Source: Gemmatimonadaceae bacterium
GTDB lineage: Bacteria; Gemmatimonadota; Gemmatimonadetes; Gemmatimonadales; Gemmatimonadaceae
Direction of reading: 5' to 3'
Assembly (NCBI GenBank): GCA_036493735.1
Contig: DASXPH010000047.1
Location: 1,619 to 65,618, forward strand
DNA length: 64,000 nucleotides
Numbering within the stretch: position 1 is the first letter of the stretch; each line of letters starts with the position of its first letter. Below, in pieces: positions 1-9,232 of this stretch. Below the pieces are notes generated by a model that had not been told where the DNA came from, ran no database searches, and saw only the letters and a program-made list of their open reading frames with translations. The translations under genes and the position numbers were made by a program.

Positions 1-71
1 GCCGGGGTGGGCGCGATGTCAACAGGGCGTTCCGGTTCTCGTTCGACGATCGGTTCAGCAACGGGAGTCAT
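1..71 (-). CDS. 5' end of an unidentified gene leaving the window (MTPVAEPIVEREPERPVDIAPTP..)
   Basis: ATG at 69-71 (minus strand), 9 nt downstream of AAGGAA (81-86, minus). The frame stays open to position 1. It is absent from the ORF track because there is no stop in the window. Confidence 0.3.
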   Translation of the reverse strand, partial: MTPVAEPIVEREPERPVDIAPTP

Positions 72-118
72 GATCGGTGCTTCCTTTTTAGAGGTGGCGG
101 GTTCCTTCCAGATTGCCA

Positions 119-156
119 TGACAACATCCTGTTGAGGTGACAACATGCTGTTGGGG
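119..156. promoter_or_regulatory. Tandem 19-bp repeat in which each unit carries a CAACA-N3-TGTTG dyad; candidate operator upstream of the gene starting at 71
   Basis: TGACAACATCCTGTTGAGG (119-137) is directly followed by TGACAACATGCTGTTGGGG (138-156); 17 of 19 positions are identical. Confidence 0.4.
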
Positions 157-396
157 TGCGGCGGTAAATATCAGCGGGTACCGAGGTCCGCTGTTATGTG
201 CGTCACGAATTGTGAAATTATTTCGTTGCCGAGGCCGCTTCTCGCGAGTGCAAGATCGCTTTCTCGTTAGGCAATGGTGATGCTGATCACGCTTTTCGGC
301 GCGCCAAGGCGACCGGGTTCGCTGGCGGCATCATGTCGATCAGGAAATACGAAAAGACGAACCGGTGTCACCAACGCAACCGGGGAGCGACACGCG

Positions 397-1206
397 CTAT
401 TTCTCGTGGATCACGCCGGGCGGCCCGAGCTCATAGGTCAGCCAGATGTCGTTTCCCCACCTGGTGCGACGCACGCTCTTGACGCGGATCTGCCATGCAT
501 CGCTCACGGAATCGAGCGACGCTCCCCAGACTTCGACGGAATCGCGCGTGGGGAGATCCATCTGGGCGCGCACTGTGTTTGGAATTCCCGGAGCTCTCGC
601 GATCCATTGCACGACGGCGCGCGCCTCCGATCCCCAACGGCCCACCTGAACGAAGAGCACTCGATAGCTGCCGCTCATGTTACCCTCGGTCCAGCTACCA
701 GCGCGAAGCATCTGACTCGGCCCGCGAGCGAATGTGTACTTCTCATTTGGCTCGACGTTGCAGGTAAGACGCGTGCTATCGCGCCAATGCCATTGCAGAC
801 AGTCGAGTGAGTCGCCACGGAAATGACCCCAGACATCAGTGCGCGCCGCACCTTGAACCGGCGCGCCGCCGGGTGCTCCCGCCGATGCTGGCCGCGCACA
901 GAGCCAATATCCGCGCGTTCCGAAATTCTCCATCATCGTGAACCAGAAGATCTTCTTCTCCTCGCTCGTCTCGCCCAGGCGGAAGCGGCCGAGGGAGTCG
1001 GTGACGCCGCGGCCTCCGGCCCGAGAGCAGGTGCGATCCTTGTAGTCGTCGGTCGAGGCGATGAAGTACTGAGCCGCAGGTGTGCCGTCGTCGAATGTGA
1101 GCATGCCGACGACCTTGGGGGTGACCTGCTCCTGATGCTTGACGGGGATCGGGATGCACGCCGCGACGAAGCAGGTCGCAATGAGAAGGCAGATACTTGG
1201 CTTCAC
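397..1206 (-). CDS. Hypothetical lipoprotein
   Basis: 269-aa ORF with an N-terminal signal peptide and lipobox (LLIATCFVAAC). No family recognised. Confidence 0.6.
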   Translation of the reverse strand: MKPSICLLIATCFVAACIPIPVKHQEQVTPKVVGMLTFDDGTPAAQYFIASTDDYKDRTCSRAGGRGVTDSLGRFRLGETSEEKKIFWFTMMENFGTRGYWLCARPASAGAPGGAPVQGAARTDVWGHFRGDSLDCLQWHWRDSTRLTCNVEPNEKYTFARGPSQMLRAGSWTEGNMSGSYRVLFVQVGRWGSEARAVVQWIARAPGIPNTVRAQMDLPTRDSVEVWGASLDSVSDAWQIRVKSVRRTRWGNDIWLTYELGPPGVIHEK

Positions 1207-1268
1207 TCGATGTCCGCGCTCCTCGCGATGACAAGAGGGTTCTTCCGCGAAGCTCCGCGTCAGAACGA

Positions 1269-1682
1269 TCAGTGCTTCGTGACGATCCCGATAACCCCCG
1301 ACGCATTTCCCCGCCCAAACGCATACTGCGCCTCGGCCGCGTTGTAAAAGGTGATCGTCGCGATCGCCGTTGCCGAGATGTCGCGCAGGACGGTTGCGTC
1401 GCCGTAGAACTGGTTGTCGACGTAGACGTTAGGCAGCGCCGTCATCGCGGGCTGGCGCGCGTCGAGTGTCACCGGACCGTGGCTCTGCAAGAACTGCGGT
1501 CGCAGCCGTTTGATGATTTCGTACGCGTTGGGAGCGTGGAGAGAATCGATCTCGGCTTCGGTGATCGACGTGCGTCCCGCGCCGGCCGTGGGGTCGCTGT
1601 GGTGCAGCGCGCACGATGTCGTGGCGAGCAGACATGCAACGAGTGCCGTCACAACTGCTCGACTTCCGCGGCTGCGATCCAT
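1269..1682 (-). CDS. Small lipoprotein resembling a TonB-dependent-receptor plug domain
   Basis: Internal ATG at 1682 gives MDRSRGSRAVVTALVACLLATTSC (lipobox). The C-terminus YVDNQFYGD..ITFYNAAEAQYAFGRGNASGVIGIVTK resembles a plug motif. The upstream part of track ORF 1269..1841 covers the hairpin repeat and is unlikely to be coding. Confidence 0.6.
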   Translation of the reverse strand: MDRSRGSRAVVTALVACLLATTSCALHHSDPTAGAGRTSITEAEIDSLHAPNAYEIIKRLRPQFLQSHGPVTLDARQPAMTALPNVYVDNQFYGDATVLRDISATAIATITFYNAAEAQYAFGRGNASGVIGIVTKH

Positions 1683-1756
1683 ATTCGCTCTCCTCACGAG
1701 TCGATCGACAGTACGACTATGGCTTCCGGGGCGTCTTGGGGAAAGGGGCGTGGTCT

Positions 1757-1826
1757 GTGATCGGTGGACGGTGGTCGGTAAACCTCGACAATGATCACGG
1801 TCCACCGTCCACCGATCACCGTGCCC
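1757..1826 (-). terminator. Heptad-periodic hairpin element downstream of the SusD-like gene
   Basis: Perfect 18-bp inverted repeat: GTGATCGGTGGACGGTGG (1757-1774) and CCACCGTCCACCGATCAC (1802-1819), with a 27-nt loop. The whole element reads as about 10 successive 7-mers (GTGATCG GTGGACG GTGGTCG ... CGTCCAC CGATCAC). Confidence 0.6.
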
Positions 1827-1898
1827 GACCACGCAAAACAACGATGGCCCGAGCTTTCGCCCGGGCCATCGCTGGTTCCAACTACCTAACGAAATCGA

Positions 1899-3311
1899 CT
1901 ACGGCTGCGGTGTGACGTTGCCATTACGCGCAGCGGCTTCGGTCGACGGCATCGGGAGTGCCGTCTGCAGGGGATCGCCGGAGTGCGACAGATCCGTCGA
2001 AACAGTCGGCATGCCCGCTTGTGAGACGTACGCCTTCGTGATCGTGCCGTACTCGCGGGCCGCGATCAGGTAATACGGCCCTTCGTAAATGAACGAGTAG
2101 CGGTACTCGTAGAGAATCGCGGTGCGAGCAGCAGGCAAAGAGGCGAACGTCGCGTACGGCGCGAGGCCGCCTTCGCCAACGCGAACGACGTTCACGTCCG
2201 CCGTGGCGCCAAGAAGATCGCCGCTTTCCGCTTTCGCCTGCGCGCGGAGCAGATAGAACGCCGCATTGCGGACGATCGGGATTGGCCGGGTGAGGTTGCT
2301 GGCGATCGTCGGATCCGTTACCGGATCTCGCATCGTCAGCTCAACCCCGTTGACGATCGACGACGGCGAGCTCGCCGTTGCGATCTTCGACGCGCGGAGG
2401 TCGCCAGCCTGGATCGAGTTAGCGAAGTTGTCCGTCAGGTAGACGTGGTTGTCAACCATCGGGTTCGAGAACGACTCCGGCGAGCTGGGATTGAACTGGT
2501 AGTATGGGCCCGCCGCGAGGTCGGTTGCCGACGCGCCGCCCAACGCGGCGTTCAGCGCCGTGATGCCCGTCGCGAAACAGGTCGGGCAGGGCGTCTGGTG
2601 ATCGAAGCCGCGGTACGTCTCTACCATCCCTTTCAGACCACGGTTGAACGTGATCAGGTTGGCGGTCTTCGTATAGTCACCGTCCTGCTTGAATCCACTC
2701 GGTAGCGTGAACGGCACGGTCGCGCTAGCCGAGGCGAAGTTCGTGTTCGCGGAATCGAGGAGCGCGGAGATGTAAGCGAGGACGACGCTCTTCGTGCGAA
2801 TCGGATCCGCCGTCGCGCCTTGCGAGATCTGGATCGCAACCCCGAGCGAATCGCGCAGCTGAATGAGGCGAATGTAGTCCAGTGCCTTCATCGTCTGCAC
2901 GAAGCCGATTGTTGCCGCCTTGTCGCCCGCCGTCATCGTGTTGAGCGACGGGCTGACGATCAGCTGGTTGGCGGCACGGATCTCCGAGTAGTAGCCGCTC
3001 CACGCCGAGCCGCCGATGAAATCGCTCGGATCGATCGGTACGGCGACGAACTCGTTGAGGTATCGCGGCTCGTTGGTGTCCATCCGGACCGAGTTGCGTG
3101 CCTCGGTCTCGGGGAAGAGGAGATAGCTGAAGGCCATCGCCGACGCACGATCCTGCGCGACGACACCGGTGACGAGATTCTGAATGGGCTGCGCCGTACC
3201 GGCCACGATGTTGTCCTGGCTCGGTGCGTTCAGCGCATCCTTACAGCCCGCGGAGAGCGCCAGCACGGCGGCGCTCATCGCGGCAAATGTCTTTTTCATA
3301 TATGGAATCAA
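1899..3311 (-). CDS. SusD/RagB-family nutrient-binding outer-membrane lipoprotein
   Basis: 470 aa with a lipoprotein signal (AAVLALSAGC). It lies 6 nt downstream of a SusC-type transporter gene. Its size and sequence character fit the SusD family. Confidence 0.85.
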   Translation of the reverse strand: MIPYMKKTFAAMSAAVLALSAGCKDALNAPSQDNIVAGTAQPIQNLVTGVVAQDRASAMAFSYLLFPETEARNSVRMDTNEPRYLNEFVAVPIDPSDFIGGSAWSGYYSEIRAANQLIVSPSLNTMTAGDKAATIGFVQTMKALDYIRLIQLRDSLGVAIQISQGATADPIRTKSVVLAYISALLDSANTNFASASATVPFTLPSGFKQDGDYTKTANLITFNRGLKGMVETYRGFDHQTPCPTCFATGITALNAALGGASATDLAAGPYYQFNPSSPESFSNPMVDNHVYLTDNFANSIQAGDLRASKIATASSPSSIVNGVELTMRDPVTDPTIASNLTRPIPIVRNAAFYLLRAQAKAESGDLLGATADVNVVRVGEGGLAPYATFASLPAARTAILYEYRYSFIYEGPYYLIAAREYGTITKAYVSQAGMPTVSTDLSHSGDPLQTALPMPSTEAAARNGNVTPQP

Positions 3312-3317
3312 TCTCTG

Positions 3318-6300
3318 TTAGAAGTTGACGTCGGCAGAGAAGAAGAACTGGCGACTCGGCGGGTACGGTGCGAGATCCCACATCCGGCTGAGCGCCGCGT
3401 TACCGAAGTTCGAAACTTCCGGATCGAGGCCGCGATAGTGCGTCCACGTGTAGAGGTTGCGGCCGCTCAGCTCGAGCCGCACGTCCTTCGCGGTGCCGCG
3501 GAAGAGCGTGTTCGTCAGGCGCGAGTTGAGCGAGTAGGACAACGTCACCTCGCGGAGCTTGGCGAAGCTGCCGTGCTCGAGGAATGCTGGCAGGCCCTTG
3601 GCGTACGCGCCCTGGTCAGCGTTGTTCATGGCCGTATCAGCGAGGTTGCCGCCAGGAATGCTGCTCTGGCCGTTCGCTCCCTGCTCGAGATAGGTCTGGC
3701 TCAGATCGGCGACCCAGCCGCCCTTGCGCCAATCGATCAGCGTCGAGAGGCGGAACGGTCCAGCCGTAAAGTCGTTGCCGAAGCCCATCGTCCAATCCGG
3801 GCTCTCGGAGCCGTAGAACTGCTCGATGCGATTGCCTTTCGAGTCGAAGCCGTTGTAGGCGACGACTTCGTCTTGTGCATAGCCAACCTGCACCTTGGTG
3901 CGCGCGGTCCGCTCGCCGAAGCCGCTACCGGTATAGAAAGCCGGCACCGGAAGGGACGTCACCATCCCGCGATTGCGCGCGTAGCTCGTGTGCGACTCCC
4001 ACGTGAAGGCGTGGGTCTGCACGGGGACCAAGCCCAGGCCGATTTCGGCGCCCTTGTTGGTGAGCGAGCCGCCGTTAATGACCTGCGTCGTGAAACCGGT
4101 CGATGGCGCGGGCGACGCCTGGAGCACGAGGCCCGATGTACGCTTGTCGTAGAGCGTGAACTCCGCCTGGCCGCGGCCGTGGAGGAACTGCACGTCGACG
4201 CCGCCTTCCGTCTCATTCGTGACTTCCGGCCGCACGTTCGAGAGACCGATCGTCGTCGACGGACGCAACCCGACGATGCCGTTCTCCGGCACCTGAGTGA
4301 GGAAGGTGTACTTGAAGTTCACCGGCACGCGGTTGCCCGCCTGGCCGTTCGCGATACGGAACTTGATGTTGTCGATGCCCGTCGGCGCGAAGGGCAGGTT
4401 GTACGACGCCGAGAATTTCGGAAAGGCGTAGAAGCGCGCCGTGTCACCGTTGGTGCTCGAGCGCTCGGCGTTCACGGCCGCCGTGAGGAACAACCGGTCG
4501 CTCAAGGTCGAGAGCTCTTCCTGGGCATAGTACGAGAACGTCTTGGAGAGCGATTGCGCCTGGAACTGGCCCGTCTGTACCCCGGTCGTCACGTTGGTGA
4601 TGCCGGGGAACAGGCCGCGGCCCTGATTCAGGAGCTGATCGGACTGCTGGCGCTCCTGACGCAGGCCTAACGAGGTCGTCGCCGTACCGAAGCGCGCGAT
4701 GAGCTTGTGAATCAGCGACGCGTTCAGGTTCGCGTTCACGACGTCGGTGTTGCCGTCGACGACCGTGCCGGGATACGGACTGATGTTGTGGCTCTGCTCG
4801 ATGTAGGTGTTCGGCGGCGAGTACAGATGAGCATGATCGTTGAATGCATCGACGCCGGCGAGGGTCGTGAAGTTCAGCGTCTGCCGCTCGTTGGCGAAGA
4901 CGCTCCAATTTGCCTGGACGTTGCCGATGAGGCGATAGACATCCTCCGGCGTGCGAATGTCCTCCTGGTCCTGCAGCACGTTCGCGCCGCCGGCGATGTA
5001 CGGATTCCTCACGTACTGGCCAGTCAGCGGATCGCGACGGCTCGGATCGAACCAGGTGGGAGTCGCACCGATGATCGTGTACGGCGCGATGTTGTTGTTG
5101 TCGTTGCCCGAGATGCCGCGCTCGGTGAGCGTGTGCATCAGCTCACTCGTGCCGGTGAGGTTCACCGGGCCGACGAGCTGGTTGAGGTTCAGGTGCAGCG
5201 ACTGCTTGCTGTAACCCGAGTTCACCGCCAGGCCGCCGTCGTGGCTAACAGAACCCGAGGCGAAGTACGTCGTGTTTTCATTGCCGCCGCGAAGCGACAG
5301 CGCGTCCTCATACGACAGAGACTTATGACCGTAGAGTTGCTGCTGCTCGTCGACGCAGCCCGCGTAATCGGCCTGGGTGAGGTTGACCTTGTACACCGTC
5401 AGCGCGATCTGCTGGGCGTCGGCGAAGCTGAAGCAGCGCATGTCGTAGCTCTTCGAGATTGCCTGCGTGCCGACGCGCTGCACGAAGTTGAGCGTCGGCT
5501 TGCCAGCCTGACCCTTCTTCGTGGTGATGATGACGACGCCATTGGCGCCTCGCGATCCATAAATGGCACCCGCGGACGGTCCCTTGAGGATCTCGATGCT
5601 CTCGATCTCTTCGGGATTCAGGTCGGCGATACGGTTGACCTGTTGGTCCTGGCTATTCGTGATGCCGCCGCCGGCGCCGGTGATCGAGTTCAAGCCGATG
5701 CCGAAAGCGTCATTGTTGACGATGATGCCATCGACGACGTAGAGAGGCTGGTACGCGCCGTTGATGGTGTTGCTGCCGCGAATCTGGAGCTGCACACCGC
5801 CGCCAGGCGCACCGCCGTTCTGGGTGATGACGGCGCCGGGCACCTTGCCCATGAGCGCGTTGTCGACCGTCGGCTGCGGCACACGGTTGATCTCGCCAGT
5901 GCCGACGACGGTGACCGCGTTCGCGGCGTTCTGGCTCGACACAGAGGTGGCCTGACCAGTCACGACGACTGTCTCGAGCTGGAGGAGATCCTGATCGAGA
6001 CGGATGTCGGCGACGTCGATGCCGGCGCCGAGGAGCTGCGTCGCGCGGCGATAGCCGATACGACGAGCGACCAGCACCTGCTGGCCCGCGGGGACGTTGT
6101 TGATCGCGTAACGCCCGTCTTGGTTGGTGATGGCGCCGAGGGTCGTACCCTGGACGGAGACGGTTGCGTTAGGCACTGGGACGCCGCTCGTCTCGGTAAC
6201 GCGGCCGGTGACCCGTCGCTGCGCCGAGGCGGCGGCGGCGGTGGTCACGCTGACGAGCAACGCGAGGAGACCAGTGACGAGATGGGAGCGATGCCACCGG

Positions 6301-6356
6301 AACGCGGACGCAAACCGCGGCGGCACCTGGAGGGGGTGCGAGAAGGCCGTTCGCAT
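3318..6356 (-). CDS. SusC/RagA-family TonB-linked outer-membrane transporter
   Basis: 1012 aa. It has an N-terminal carboxypeptidase-regulatory-like domain (TGRVTETSGVPVPNATVSVQGT..DGRYAINNVPAG), a plug motif (IESIEILKGPSAGAIYGSRGANGVVIITTKKG) and a C-terminal terminal Phe (..FFSADVNF). Confidence 0.9.
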   Translation of the reverse strand: MRTAFSHPLQVPPRFASAFRWHRSHLVTGLLALLVSVTTAAAASAQRRVTGRVTETSGVPVPNATVSVQGTTLGAITNQDGRYAINNVPAGQQVLVARRIGYRRATQLLGAGIDVADIRLDQDLLQLETVVVTGQATSVSSQNAANAVTVVGTGEINRVPQPTVDNALMGKVPGAVITQNGGAPGGGVQLQIRGSNTINGAYQPLYVVDGIIVNNDAFGIGLNSITGAGGGITNSQDQQVNRIADLNPEEIESIEILKGPSAGAIYGSRGANGVVIITTKKGQAGKPTLNFVQRVGTQAISKSYDMRCFSFADAQQIALTVYKVNLTQADYAGCVDEQQQLYGHKSLSYEDALSLRGGNENTTYFASGSVSHDGGLAVNSGYSKQSLHLNLNQLVGPVNLTGTSELMHTLTERGISGNDNNNIAPYTIIGATPTWFDPSRRDPLTGQYVRNPYIAGGANVLQDQEDIRTPEDVYRLIGNVQANWSVFANERQTLNFTTLAGVDAFNDHAHLYSPPNTYIEQSHNISPYPGTVVDGNTDVVNANLNASLIHKLIARFGTATTSLGLRQERQQSDQLLNQGRGLFPGITNVTTGVQTGQFQAQSLSKTFSYYAQEELSTLSDRLFLTAAVNAERSSTNGDTARFYAFPKFSASYNLPFAPTGIDNIKFRIANGQAGNRVPVNFKYTFLTQVPENGIVGLRPSTTIGLSNVRPEVTNETEGGVDVQFLHGRGQAEFTLYDKRTSGLVLQASPAPSTGFTTQVINGGSLTNKGAEIGLGLVPVQTHAFTWESHTSYARNRGMVTSLPVPAFYTGSGFGERTARTKVQVGYAQDEVVAYNGFDSKGNRIEQFYGSESPDWTMGFGNDFTAGPFRLSTLIDWRKGGWVADLSQTYLEQGANGQSSIPGGNLADTAMNNADQGAYAKGLPAFLEHGSFAKLREVTLSYSLNSRLTNTLFRGTAKDVRLELSGRNLYTWTHYRGLDPEVSNFGNAALSRMWDLAPYPPSRQFFFSADVNF

Positions 6357-6849
6357 GCTGCTAGGCTACCTCAAGTGTGATGGGGGAGGGCTCGCGAGGT
6401 AAGCGAGTAAAAACGAGCTAAGCCGTATTGCGTGTGATACGCTACTAGACTGTAATCGGCTGTAACAACTTGCGGAACCGCGAGACGGTCACTTTCTCGC
6501 GCGAACCGGCCGAAATTTCATCTTAAGCGTTCGCTCACATCCGATTCGGCGACCTCATGGTGATGAAGTGTCGGTTAAGAATCGTTTGCCCACTGGCGCT
6601 AAGGCTGCACGCGTATTACGGCGCTGCCTTACGAGTGTGGCGTTGAGGGGATGCGAACTCGGGGCTTGACGGTAGTCCGTCGATCAGCTACGCCGCGGCC
6701 CGTTTCACGGCCCTCGGAGTCGGTTCTGTCGTGGAGGCGCGTCGGCCCGTGGAGGAATGTCCAGGCGGGTCTGCAATGAAGAAGCCCTGGGCAAATGCAC
6801 GCTATAGCGACTTTCGGCCTGGCGGTCCGGCGGCTAAGATTGCCGACCC

Positions 6850-9231
6850 TTGAACTGCTCCGCCTTGGCCATCGCTCGCTTCGCCGTTCTCGTACTGTCG
6901 CTCGGGCTGTCCGCTCGCGTGCTCGCTCAGGCGCCGGCTGGCGCCACCGGCACCGTCGCTGGCCGCGTCGTCGCCAGGGCGGACAGCACCGCCTCTGTCG
7001 TTAGGCCCGCCGTCGCAACGCCTGTCTTCGGCGCGACGGTCGTCCTTGTCGGGTCGGTCGGTCGCACAGCGACCAGTGATTCCGCGGGCGGCTTCGTCAT
7101 CGGCGACGTCCCCGCCGGCCCGGTCACTCTCCGCATCCGGCGCCTAGGGTACCGCACTCTCGACCGCCGCGTCGTGGTGCCACCTAACGATACGGTCCGC
7201 GTGGAGATCATCGTCGAATCCGAGGCGCAGCAGCTCAGCCCCGTCCACACGCTGGCGACGCAGACCGAAGTCGAGTCGTTCACGGCCAAGCCGAACGTCG
7301 CGACGATCGTCATGCCGGCGCGCCTTCTCGCCGGCGTGCCGAGTGTCGGCGAGCCGGATGTCATTCGCATCGTGCAGCTCCTGCCGGGGGTCATGGCGCG
7401 CAACGACTTCAACACGGGGCTCAACGTCCGCGGCGGCTCGTCCGATCAAAATCTCGTGCTGCTCGACGGGATTCCGATCTACAATCCATTTCACATGGGC
7501 GGGCTGTTCAGCACGTTCATGGACGCGACCGTCGGCGGCATCGAGCTGATGACGGGTGCCTTTCCCGCGCGCTACGACGGACGGCTCTCGAGCGTACTCG
7601 ACGTTCGCTCAGCCGACGAGACACGTCCCGGCGTTCACGCCAGCGCCGATCTGTCCATCCTCGCGACGACGGCGCAGGTCGGCGGAGCGTTAGGCAACAG
7701 TCGTGGGAGCTGGAGCCTGGCCGGCCGGCGAACCTACGCCGATGCGCTGGCCAAGACGTTCAGCACCGATCAGTTCCCGTATCACTTCAGCGACTTCCAC
7801 GGGCATGCGGACTATCTGCTACCTCACGACTGGCGATTCGGCGTCACCGGCTACACTGGCAACGACGCGCTCGATCTGAATCTCGCGACGGCGATCGGAG
7901 ACTCGACGGTATCGACGGCCCGCCAGGGTACCTGGCAATACGGGTGGGGCAACACTGTGCTCGGCGCGTCGCTCGGCCGGGACTTCACGGCGCCGTCCGC
8001 TCTGGGCTGGCTGCTCGGCGGCACGACGACATTCGAGCAGCGCGTCTCGACCTCCCGCTTCGGCGCGACGCTCGACGTCGCGCAGGGCGCGCAGGTGCAG
8101 CGGAGCAACGTCCGCGACGTGCGGGCGACGGGATCGCTCACCGCGCACGGCGCGACGAACGATCGCTCGATCGGATGGGAGGTGTCCGGAACACACGTGC
8201 GCTATGGGACGGACTCGCCGCAGATGGGCACCACCGATTTCGACATCATCCAGGATCCGGTGTCGTACGCGGCGTGGGTTGGCGATCTCTGGCGGCCGAC
8301 GTCGCGCTGGCTCGTGGAGGGCGGGCTTCGCGGTGAGCGCCTAACGGGTGGAGCTGGCGCGCGTGACTGGGCGGCGCTCTCGCCCCGCCTCTCGCTCAAG
8401 TACTTCGTCACGCCGGAGGTCGCGTTGAGCGCGGCGGCGGGGCGCGTCACGCAGACGATGCACTCGATGGCCGGTGACGGGCCGCTGCGCTTCTTCGAGG
8501 TCTGGCTGTCGAGCGATCAGTACATTCCCGTCGAGACGGCGTGGCACTACGTACTCGGCGCCGAGCGTCGCGTCGAGAGCTCGTCGATCCGCATCGAGGG
8601 GTATGTCAAGAATTACGATCGGGTGCTCGACGCGAACCTGAGCGACGATCCGACGATTCGGGGCGACGAGTTCATCGTCGCGACGGGCCGCGCCTACGGC
8701 GTCGACGTGCTGGCGCGGTGGACACCTCGGTCGGGACCGACAGGATGGCTGTCGTACTCGTACGGCGTGGCGATGCACGAGCAGGATGGAGTGCGCTGGG
8801 CGCCGGGGAACGACCGTCGCCACGATCTGAATCTCGTGGCGACGTGGCAGCTCGCGCGGTATCGACTGGGGGCGCGCTTTGGCTATGCGACGGGAACGCC
8901 GTACACGCCGATCGTCGGCCAGATGCTCCGCCGACTGTATGATCCGTCTACGGGCCAGTGGGATGCGGGCATCACGACGCTCAACCTCGAGCCGTTAGGC
9001 GGCGCGCGGAACTCGGCGCGCTTCCCGGCGACGCAGCGGCTCGATGTCAACGTCTCACGCGACATGCATTATCGCGGCTCGACGATCTCGCCGTATCTGA
9101 GCGTCGTCAACGCGTACAACGCGCACAACATTTTCGTGTACGTGTACGACTACTCGACGGATCGCCCGACGCGTCGTGCCTACACACAGTTTCCGATTCT
9201 GCCGAGCCTGGGGGTGCGGGTTGCGTTCTAG
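6850..9231 (+). CDS. TonB-dependent receptor with an N-terminal carboxypeptidase-regulatory-like domain
   Basis: 793 aa with a TTG start and a signal peptide. It has a CarboxypepD_reg-like segment (GTVAGRVV..GGFVIGDVPAGPVTLRIRRLGY) and a plug motif (VQLLPGVMARNDFNTGLNVRGGSSDQNLVLLDGIPIYNPFH). The C-terminus is ..LGVRVAF. Confidence 0.85.
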   Translation: MNCSALAIARFAVLVLSLGLSARVLAQAPAGATGTVAGRVVARADSTASVVRPAVATPVFGATVVLVGSVGRTATSDSAGGFVIGDVPAGPVTLRIRRLGYRTLDRRVVVPPNDTVRVEIIVESEAQQLSPVHTLATQTEVESFTAKPNVATIVMPARLLAGVPSVGEPDVIRIVQLLPGVMARNDFNTGLNVRGGSSDQNLVLLDGIPIYNPFHMGGLFSTFMDATVGGIELMTGAFPARYDGRLSSVLDVRSADETRPGVHASADLSILATTAQVGGALGNSRGSWSLAGRRTYADALAKTFSTDQFPYHFSDFHGHADYLLPHDWRFGVTGYTGNDALDLNLATAIGDSTVSTARQGTWQYGWGNTVLGASLGRDFTAPSALGWLLGGTTTFEQRVSTSRFGATLDVAQGAQVQRSNVRDVRATGSLTAHGATNDRSIGWEVSGTHVRYGTDSPQMGTTDFDIIQDPVSYAAWVGDLWRPTSRWLVEGGLRGERLTGGAGARDWAALSPRLSLKYFVTPEVALSAAAGRVTQTMHSMAGDGPLRFFEVWLSSDQYIPVETAWHYVLGAERRVESSSIRIEGYVKNYDRVLDANLSDDPTIRGDEFIVATGRAYGVDVLARWTPRSGPTGWLSYSYGVAMHEQDGVRWAPGNDRRHDLNLVATWQLARYRLGARFGYATGTPYTPIVGQMLRRLYDPSTGQWDAGITTLNLEPLGGARNSARFPATQRLDVNVSRDMHYRGSTISPYLSVVNAYNAHNIFVYVYDYSTDRPTRRAYTQFPILPSLGVRVAF

Positions 9232-9232
9232 C

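Noticed and set aside
2820-6380. Long plus-strand ORFs (2820..4670, 616 aa; 4707..6380, 557 aa) opposite the SusD/SusC genes
   Set aside because: They are Arg/Ala/Asp-rich low-complexity translations with no recognisable motifs. They are typical shadow ORFs of high-GC DNA, and the minus-strand frames carry clear SusC/SusD features.
6357-6849. Riboswitch (cobalamin or TPP) upstream of the TonB-dependent receptor
   Set aside because: I could not find a convincing B12 box or a THI-box CUGAGA / ACCUGAUCUGGAUAAUGCCAGCG-type core by eye. The question stays open pending an Infernal/Rfam scan.
9176-9232. Upstream start (9176) for the DUF4249 gene
   Set aside because: It would overlap the receptor gene by 56 nt and prepend a non-signal-like peptide. 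GTG at 9233 yields a standard lipoprotein signal.
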